A program made the position numbers and the translations under genes. Below, one piece after another: positions 54,660 to 64,000 of a stretch of DNA of 64,000 bases. This DNA is from Lama glama (lineage: Eukaryota): the NCBI GenBank assembly GCA_028534125.1, contig CM052817.1:83640001-83704000 (forward strand). The letters are read 5' to 3'. Position 1 is the stretch's first letter. Each line of letters begins with the position of its first letter. The notes beneath the pieces were generated by a model. The model made no database searches. It had not been told where the DNA came from and worked only from the letters and a program-made list of their open reading frames with translations.

Positions 54660-57600
54660 GGGGGGTGGTAACATCAAGAAGCAGACATGGAACTCACTTC
54701 CTCCCACAGACACATCAAAAATACATAACAGGTGGAACAATTCTCATGGAAAACTAAGAAACTGGCAGAACTGCTATACAATCAACACTGCAAGAGAGAT
54801 TTCCAAGTAAATGAGTGGGAAGGAAAAAAAGGCATCAGGTAGGGACCTGCGCCCCTGGGAGGGATCTGAAAGGAAGAGAAGGTCCAACAGGAAGAACCTT
54901 GCTGATCAAGCTACAAACTAGGCATTCCAGTCCTGGGGTCCTATGCTGAGGAGTCAAGCCCCTTTGACTCCAGGGAAAAGCAATGGGAAAGAAAGAAGGA
55001 CTGGAGAAGCCTAGACTACACTTGCAAGCAACGCCTGGGTGCTAGCTTGCCAAAAGACAGGAATGAGGAGGGCTCTGCACTGGTGGCTGCTGCTCACCAC
55101 AGTCCCCAACTTGAGCTGGACAAACACTCCAGCCCCAACTCATTCCACACCACAGCTGGGTTCAGGATCTGGGCCAGCTGGCTCCTGGAAAAAGAATCAA
55201 TCTAGCTAGGCAGAGACAGCCTAAGGGCATGCGTGTGGTCCAGATGGCGTGATGGTGGCCATTGTTGGCACTTAAATGGTGCAACAAGAAACACAGCAGC
55301 CAGCACGCCAGGGTCCCCACCGAGCCTAGCAAGCATTCCAGCACTGCCCACTTCCATGCACTAAATCTAGGACAACCATAATGGAAAGCGACCCAACTTT
55401 GGGCTGCATCTGAGTGGAGTCACAGAGGCCTACAAAGGCAGTACATCAGACCTCTGTGAGCACACAAGGCTCAATTAATTCAGCACTCCTCTCCTCTGAA
55501 ACAAAACATGCACTCAAGGGGAACAGAGTCTGCTGAAGCCCGACCCTCAGGGTTTATGTTCCAGCAACTGGGGAGCAAATCCTGCCCCTTAAAACAGTGC
55601 AGCAACAGCTATAGAGCAGAGAGGAATTACTGCCTCAGACCCTGTTCAGGCATAAGATTCTTCAAGACCAACCACACACACTGTCAAAGTGGTAATGGGC
55701 AGCACACCCTGAGAAAAGACATAGCTAGCATCTACATCGAATTCAGCACACTCACAGAAGACACTGGGCACGAGCGGTCAACATAGGAATGCTTCCACAT
55801 AAAAACACCTTTTTAAGACTACAATAGATAACTGTTTCTCCTAAATTCAGAGAGACAGAAAAAGTTAAGATAAATCCTGTAAGACCCACACCAACACATG
55901 CCATAATTAAAATGGCAAAAGTTAAGGAGAGAATTCAAAAGGCAGTAAAAGAAAAACAATGGGAATCCCTATAAGACCATCAGCTGATTTCTCTGCAGAA
56001 ACTTTGCAGAAAGAAGGGAATGGCATAATATATTCAAAGCCCTGAAAGGGCAAAACCTGCAACCTAAGATACTCTAACTAGCAAGATTATCATTTAGAAT
56101 AGAAGGACAAATAAGAAATTAATCAGACAAGCAAAAACAAAAAGTATTCAGCAATATTAAATCTACCCTAAAAGAAATGAAGGGTCTTCTCTAAATGGAA
56201 AAGAAGCAACATCTAAAACAAAGGGAAAATCCCAAAAGACAAATATATAGTAAGAATTGAAGATCACTTAAATGAGCAAGTACACAGATTAAAAAAACAA
56301 AAATTAGTGAAAGTGACTATAAATACAAAAAAAACAGTAATAAAAGAATAAACACAAAGACATAAAATAGGACAGCAAAAATATGAAATGTGGAGAAAGG
56401 GAGTAAAAACATAGATCTTTTAGAATAAATCATGAAGATGTCAAAATAGGACATAAAAATCACAAAATCTGGGGTCGAGAGTCAAAAATATCGATCTCTT
56501 AGAAAAGTTTGAACTTGAATAATTATCAGTTTAAAACAAGTAGATATAGTTATGGGTCAACATACTTGAAATCCAGAGTAATCACTAATAAAAATCTTGT
56601 AATAGATTCACAAAAAACCAAAAGGAAAGGAACTCAAGCATACTAAAAAAAAAAGAAAAAAAAACACAAAAGGAAAAACAAAAAGAAATGAATTAAAAAA
56701 AACAACTGGAAAACAAAATTTTAAACAGTAATAAGTACATACCTATCAATAATTACTTTAAATATCAATGGACTAATCAATCAAAAGACACAGAATGGCA
56801 GATTGGATAAAAAATGAGAACCTACGATATGCTGCCTACAAGAGACTCACTTCAAGGTGAAAGATACATGCAGACTGAAAGTGAGGGGATGGGAAAAGTT
56901 ATTTCATTCAAATGGAAATGACAAGAAAGTGGTGGTAACAATACTAATATCAGACGAAATAGACTTTAAAACAAAGTCCATAAAAAAGGCAAAGAATGAC
57001 ATTATATAATGATAAAGGGACCAATGCAAGAAGAGGATATTATACTTGTTAACTTACATGTACCCAATATAGGAGCACCTAAACATATGAAAGAAATACT
57101 AGCAGACATAATGGGAGAAACTGACAGGAATACAGTAATAGTAAGAGGCTTTAACACCCCACAGACATCAATGGACAGATCTTCCAGAGAGAAAATCAAG
57201 AAGGCAACAAAGATCCTAAATGACACAATAGACTATCTGGAATTAACTGATATCTTCAGAACACTATAACCAAAAAAAACAAACAAAAACACAAAAAACA
57301 AAAAACAAATCAGAATACACATTCTTTTCAGGCACTCACAGAACATTCTCTAGGACAGACCACATAATGAGTCATGAAAGAAGCCTGAAGTTTGTAAGAG
57401 AACAAAAAAATATTTCAAGCATCTTTTTTGATCACAATGGTAAGAAAATAAAAATCAACCACAGAAAGAAAAATGGGGAAAGAATGAACCTGTAGATACT
57501 AAACAACATGCTACTAAAAAAACAGTGGGTCAAAGATGAAATCAAAGAAGGAATCAGAAAATACCTCAACACAAACAAAAATGAAAACAGATGAAATCTA

Positions 57601-60600
57601 TGAGATGCAGCAAAAGCAGTCCTAAGAAGATAGTTCATAGTAATACAGGCCAGCCTCAAGAAACAAGAAAAATCTCGAATAAACTGCCTAACCTACCACC
57701 TAAAAGAATCAGAAAAAGGAGAACACATAAAACTCAAAGTCAACAAATGGAAGGAAATAATAAATATCAGAGAGGAAATTACAGATATCAAAACAAAAAG
57801 GAAAGATCAATGAAACCAAGAGCTTATTTTTTGAAAAGATAAACAAAACTGACATACCTTTAACTAGGCTCAAGAAGAAGAAAAAGGACTCAAATAAACA
57901 CAATAAGAAATGGAAGAGGAGAAATAATAACTGATAACACAGAAATATAAGAACTCCTAAGAGAATACTATTAACAGTTATATGCCAATAAATCAGACAA
58001 CCTAGAAGAAACAGACAAATTTCTAGAAATATACAACCTGTCAATACTGAGTTCAAGAAGAAACCAAAAATTTGAACACACTGATCACTAGAAGTGAAAT
58101 AGAATCTGTAATTTAAAAAAAACAAAAACAAAAAATGTCCTAAAAACAAAAGTCCAGGACTGGATGGCTTCACTGGGGGATTCCACCAAACAAACAAAGT
58201 AGAACTTATACTTCCACTTCTCAAACTATTCCAAAAAACTAAAGGGGAAGAAACACTCCCAAATTCATGCTTATGGGACCACCATTACCCTGATAGCAAA
58301 ACCAAACAAAGGCACTACAAAAACAAAAACAAAAAACAAACAAACCCAACCAAGCCAATATCCTTAATGAATATATATGCTATATGTGCAAAATTCCACA
58401 ACAAAATAGTAGCAAACTGAATTCAACAATACATAAAAAGGATCATACACCATGATCAAGTTGGATTTATTCCAGGATCATGAGGATGTGTTCAACATAA
58501 GTAAATCAATCATTGTGATACACCACACTATCAAAAGAAAAGACAAAAACCACATGATCAGCTCAGAAAATGCAAAAAAAGCATTTGACAAAATTCAACA
58601 TCCATTCATGATAAAAATGCTCATCAAAGTGGGCATACAGGAAGCATCTCTACATAATAAAGGCCATTTATGACAATGACACAGGCAACATAAACTCAAC
58701 TTTAAAAGCTAGAGCCTTCCTACTAAATTTAGGAATAAGACAAGGATGCCTACTATCACCGCTTCTATTTAACACAGTATTGGAATTCCTAGCCACAGCA
58801 ATCAGACAAGGAGAAGAAATAAAAGGCATCAAAAATGGAAGAGAAGAGCTAAAACTGTCACTTTCTACAGATGACATGAAACTCTAGGTAGAGAACCCTA
58901 ACGTCTCCACCCAAAAACTATTAGAACTAATAAATGAAGTTGCAGAATACAAGATTAATATACAGAAATCTGCTGTGTTTTATACAGCAATAATGAAATG
59001 TCTGAGAAGAAAAAAAATCCTATTTAAAATAGCATTTAAAAAATAAACTACCTAGGGATACACTTAACCAAGGAAGTGAAAGATCTATTCCCTTTAAACT
59101 ATAAAACACTGATAAAGGAATTTGAAGATGAGTCAAAGAAATGGAAAAATATCCCATGCTCTTGAAATGCAAGAATCAATACCAACATGGCCATACTATC
59201 CAAAGCAATCTACAGTTTTAGTGCAATCCCAATCAAATTACTCAGGACATTTTTCACAGAACTAGAAGAAATAATGCTAAAATGTATATGAAACCAGAAA
59301 AGACCCATAACTGCTAAAGCAATCTGGAGACCAAAGAACAAAGCTGGAGGTATAACCCTTCCAAATTTCACCCTATACTACAAAGCTACAGTAATCAACA
59401 CAGCGTGGTACTGGCACAAAAACAGACATAGAGATCAAGGGAACAGAACAGAGATCCCAGGAATAAACCCATGTATCTGTGATCAATATAGAAAAAAAGA
59501 GGCAAGAATACACAAGGGAGAAAATACAGTCTCTTCAAGTGGTGCTGGGAACATTGGAAAGCCGTAAGTAAAACAATGAAATTAGAACATTCTGTAATGC
59601 CATACACAAAAATAAACTCAAAATGGTTTAAAGATCTAAATGTAAGACATGATACCATAAAATTCCTAGAAGAGAACATAGGGGAAACACTCTTTGACAT
59701 AAATCATAGTATTTTGTTAGATTAGTCTCCCAAGGCAAAAGAAATAAAAGCAAAAATAAATGGGACCTAGTTAAATGTAAAAGCTTTTGTACAGAAAAGG
59801 AAACCATCAACAAAACAAAAAGACAACCTGTGGACTGTGAGAAAATATTTGCAAATGAGGCAACTAACAAGGAGTTAATATCCAAAATATACAAATAACT
59901 CATACAAATTAATATAAAAAAAAAAGAAACAGATCAAAACAAATTTTAAAAATGGGCAGAAGACCTAAATGGACAATTCTCCAAAGAAAACATACAAATG
60001 ACCAGTAAGCACATAAAAAGATGCCTAACATCACTAATTATTAGAGAAATGCAAATCAAAACCACTTGAAAAATCACCTTACACCTGTCAGAATGGCTAT
60101 TATCAAAAAACCAATGCTGGAGAGGATGTGGAGAAAAGAGAACACCTTTATATTGTTGGTGGGAATGTATAATGGTGCAGTCATTACATGGTAAACAGTA
60201 TGTAGGTTCCTTTAAAAACTGAAAATCAAACTACCATATAATCCAGCTATTCTACTGCCGAGTATATATGTGGGGAAAAAAAATGAAAACATCAATTTGA
60301 AATGATATATGTAACCCAATGTTCCTAGCAGTACTATTTACAATATTTATAATAGTAGTAACCCATGTGACCATCAACAGATGAGTGGATTAAGAAGACA
60401 TGGTGTATTTTGATATATACACACAATGGAATATTACTCAGTCATAAAAAAGAATGAAATACTGCCATTTGTAGCAATGTGAATGGACCTAGAGAATATA
60501 TATTACGCTTAGTGAAATAAGTCAGACAGAGAAAGACAAATACTATATGTTTTCATTTATATGTGGACTCTAAAAAATAATACAAATGAATGTATATACA

Positions 60601-60873
60601 AAACAGGAACAGACTCAGAGAGGAAACAAACTTATGGTAACCAAAGAGGAAAGGAAAGTGGGGAGGAGTGAATTAGGGGTATGGGATTAACAGATACAAA
60701 TCACTACACTTAAAATAGATAAGCAACAAGAATTTACTATGTAGTATATGGAATTATACCCAACACATTCTAATAACCTATAATGGAATATAATCTGCAA
60801 AAATACTGAATCACTATTCTGTATACCTGAAAATAACAAAATACTGTAATTTACCTATACTTCAATAAAAAAA
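54660..60873 (+). mobile_element. Near-full-length decayed LINE-1 (5'UTR, partial ORF1, ORF2, 3'UTR)
   Basis: GC-richer 5'UTR about 54660-55850; ORF1 C-terminal part about 55870-56200; ORF2 from about 56725 (ISTYLSIITLNINGL; ORF track [34 protein letters not shown]); many frameshifts; CTATACTTCAATAAAAAAA end. Confidence 0.92.
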
Positions 60874-61284
60874 CATAAATATATGGGTAAATCTAAATAT
60901 TAAATGTATTAAACAACACTATCTTGATCATTATATGAGTTATGATGTGTGAAAACAGGAATTAGTATTATTAAAAAATACATAACTAAACCAGATTCTA
61001 AGTTGAGAATCTTATTTTGTCTCAGAAGCTCTTCTTCCTTGGCAGTAACAAAAATAAAATGCATCTAAGTTTATATTAGACAGCTGCTAAGTGAACTTAC
61101 ATATAGACACAGACATACAGATGCACATGTCTAAAATCAACTTCCTAGATGTCTAATACATTTGTGTATTTATTTTTTGATACATAGGGGTTTATAACAT
61201 CTTTTTAATCACCTGTGACATATCCTATAGATCCTTCTTTATGCCCATTATTCCTTTTAACATTAAATTCCTCTTATCTGATAA

Positions 61285-61879
61285 TGAAGAGTCTGGTTCC
61301 AGGTTAAAATCCTACGTGTGACCCCTCAGGTTCAACAGGCAATTACATAGGTTTTGCCTAGACAGCCTCATGGGGCCAAACTGCATTCCCCCCATCAGAC
61401 TTGGAGCACAGCCAGATCACTGCATTCTCTAGGGGAGTTGAAATCAAGGCCTCTGATACCCATTCCCACCCTAGGCCATCATCATTTCTAGCCCAATCAC
61501 CTCCATTCAGAGGCCCCTTTATAGAGGAACCTCCATCAAGACTTCTTTATCAGGGAACCTTGACTAAGACACTTTCTCCTCTGACAGAGAACTTTTCCAC
61601 TTCTAGCCATCATGCCTTTTCCTCCTCCCAAACCCCAAGTCCATAAATGATAGTAGCCTTTTGATTGGTGCTCTTCAGCAGTAAGACATTTCCACCTGTC
61701 TGCACTGCCTGTCATCTGATGACCCACGCCCACTGCCATTCCATGGAGAAAAACCAGAACACTGAGAAGCTAGCACTTTTTTTTCTTTACCTCTCGTGTA
61801 TAGTAGCACAAAAAATGAATAAAATATTATTACTTTTAGTTTGGCTCATTGTCCTAATTGACCACATTGACACATGACA
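61285..61879 (+). mobile_element. Probable solo LTR (family not assigned)
   Basis: GC-richer block starting TGAAGAG, AATAAA at about 61818, ending ...TGACA, within AT-rich L1-like flanks; no clear TSD. Confidence 0.4.
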
Positions 61880-62572
61880 GCTTAACAGTTAATTCTTCAC
61901 TTTCCTCTTTTTTGATTTTCACTGACCTGGTATTTCGATTTTTTTTTAATTAAAGTATTATATCCACATTCCAGACAGAAAAAAAGGACAAAAGGGGAAG
62001 GGCAAATGAGGTCTACCCATTTGGCAAATTAAATGAAAAAAAAAATGGAACCTTTTCTGGAACCCGCACTCAGCAATTTTCACCAAAATGCCATTCACCA
62101 GAACTTAATTTTAAGGATACTCCATCACCTTGGTAACCTAGGAAATTTAGTTTTGCAGATTGTACCTTGCTATCTCCAACAAAATTGGAAATCCATTAAT
62201 AAGGAAGTGAGAACGTATATGGCATGGGCAAAATCAGACGTAGTAAGGACATAGAAGAACAGCACTGTTAACGTGATTCAATTATTCCATCCCTCAAACA
62301 GAATTTAGATCTACTTCCACATGTTCATGGGATGTTTACCAAAAAATGATTATATATATATATGGCCAAGAGAAGAAAATTTTGGGCCACATCCTCTAAT
62401 CATAAGCCAATAAATAATCTCAAAATTTGGAAATTCAGAATGAAAGCAGAATATGTATGTACCAGAGAAGAAAATATATAGGAAATTACTGTCCAGAAAC
62501 CAATGAAAAGGAGAATACATCATACAAAGACCAACAGGATAAATGAAAACAGTACTGAGGAAAATTCACACC

Positions 62573-63504
62573 TGTATTATTAAAACCTCAGTTTTTCCTC
62601 CTATGTCTTTCTTTCCTTTGTGTCTCCTTTATTCTCACACTCACAACAGTTCTGATACCAAATGTATAGGGATTTCCCCCACAAACAAGCAATTCTCCAC
62701 AACAGCTGGATGTCCTACCATTTAATTCAACTCTGAGACTACATACTTGGACACAGAATCAGATTCCACAGGTTAAGGGCTTACTCTCACAGGGCTACTC
62801 CCCACTTCAGATGCCAATCGCAAGTCACAGGTCCCCAGGTTACCAACAACTTCTGTCTGACCTAGTTACAATTGGGAGGTTCCCATGATTAATTTGCTAG
62901 AATGGTTCACTGAACTCATGGAAACACTTACATGTGTTTATCAGTCTATTAAATGATATGATAAAAGATGTAGATGAACAGCCAGATGAGATAAATAGGG
63001 CAAAGCCTGGGACGGTCCAGAGCACAGGAACTTTTGTCCCAGCGGAGCTGGGTGTAATACTCTCCTCATGTGGACGCTTTCACCAACACAAAAGTTCTCC
63101 AGAGCCCCTATAACTGGGATTTTATAGAGGCTTCCTCACGTAGTCATGATCAACTATTAACCCCATTTCCAGCGCTTCTCCTCTCTCTTGAGGAAGAGGG
63201 AGTGGGACTGAAAGTTCTGAGCTTCTAATCATGGCTGGGTCTTTCTGTCGACCAGCCCACAGCCAGGAGCCATCCAGAAGCCCAACCAGAGTCACCTCAG
63301 TAAAACACATAATGCTCCTCGTGCTTTTATCATATAGGAACTTACAAGGGTTTTAGGAGCCTTGTGGCAGGATAGGGGTAAAAGACAAATATTAGAACAA
63401 GAGATGCTCTTGTAACATAGGAAATTAAAAGGGTTTGGGGAACTCTGTGCCAGGAACCAGGGGCAGAGACTAATATATACATATATCTTTTTCTATTATC
63501 TCAC
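62573..63504 (-). mobile_element. MER21-like solo LTR inserted in an old L1 ORF2
   Basis: CAGCTGGATGTCCTAC.ATTTAATTCAA, CCACAGGTTAAGGGCT, CCCCACTTCAGATGCCAATCGCAAGTC; TG...CA ends; L1 ORF2 sequence resumes on both sides. Confidence 0.8.
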
Positions 63505-63869
63505 AATAGCCTTAAACAGTTTTGTTTTTAGAGGGAAAAAAATGAAAAAAGGCATAAGCACTCATCATTAAAAATAGAAAAAAATGAATCAGGAAGATAA
63601 AAAACTAAAAAAGGTAAAACTGAACTTAATAACAATAGCAAAGATAAATTTAAAGCTTTATTACATAAACTAATAAAATAAATACACTCCTTAGTAGACA
63701 AAACAAGAAATGAAAAAGGGGACAAATACAGATTTAAGAGAAATTTTAAAAGACAAATTGTTCTAATCAGTAATTGCAAATTTGAAAATCTAAAGAAAAG
63801 GAATTCTGGCAAAACATGAACTACTAACACTGACCAAAAAAGAAATGGAAATTTTGAGACACAGGTGAC

Positions 63870-64000
63870 TGAGGCCAAGATGGTGGAATAGGAAGACACT
63901 GAGCTCACCTCCCCCCACAGGCACACCAAAATTACAACCATTTATAGAGCAACCAGTGATGAGAATGACCTAAAGCCTAACATAAAAGACATTCTACAAG
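63870..64000 (+). mobile_element. 5' end of another L1 (runs off window)
   Basis: CAAGATGG YY1-type motif (63876-63883) then GAAGACACTGAGCTCACCTCCCCCCAC, similar to the L1 5' end at about 54670. Confidence 0.7.

Noticed and set aside
57009..59903. ORFs with endonuclease/reverse transcriptase similarity as an active element or novel system
   Set aside because: Fragments of a frameshifted, stop-ridden L1 ORF2; the minus-strand ORFs are just its antisense

Overview
This is mammalian genomic DNA, most likely camelid, judging by two tRNA-Ala-derived Vic-1-type SINEs. The window holds the complete + strand HSPA4L (APG-1/OSP94, HSP110 family) gene. I traced 19 coding exons by hand from ATG 1413 to TAA 44764-44766. 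All introns are GT-AG with consistent phases, giving 2523 nt and 840 aa ([13 protein letters not shown]...SSGEMEVD). The CpG-island promoter has a 4-unit heat-shock element, and intron 1 has a p53-type element. The introns carry the usual L1, L2, MIR, hAT, Tigger and MaLR fossils, plus several short L1 insertions with intact target-site duplications (TSDs). After a repeat-poor 3' region, about 51-64 kb is nested L1/LTR debris including a decayed near-full-length L1. The most interesting signal is at the 5' end: a 3' splice acceptor at 1324|1325 followed by 29 stop-free codons in frame with the HSPA4L ATG. Two upstream phase-matched donors could feed it. One (114|115) closes a 33-bp tandem repeat encoding an acidic 11-aa repeat; the other (423|424) lies downstream of CRE-like sites, a TATA box and in-frame ATGs. 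Together these suggest N-terminally extended HSP110 isoforms, which is inference only and needs RNA evidence. Repeat subfamily names are from recognition of consensus motifs, not from a database search, and their boundaries are approximate.
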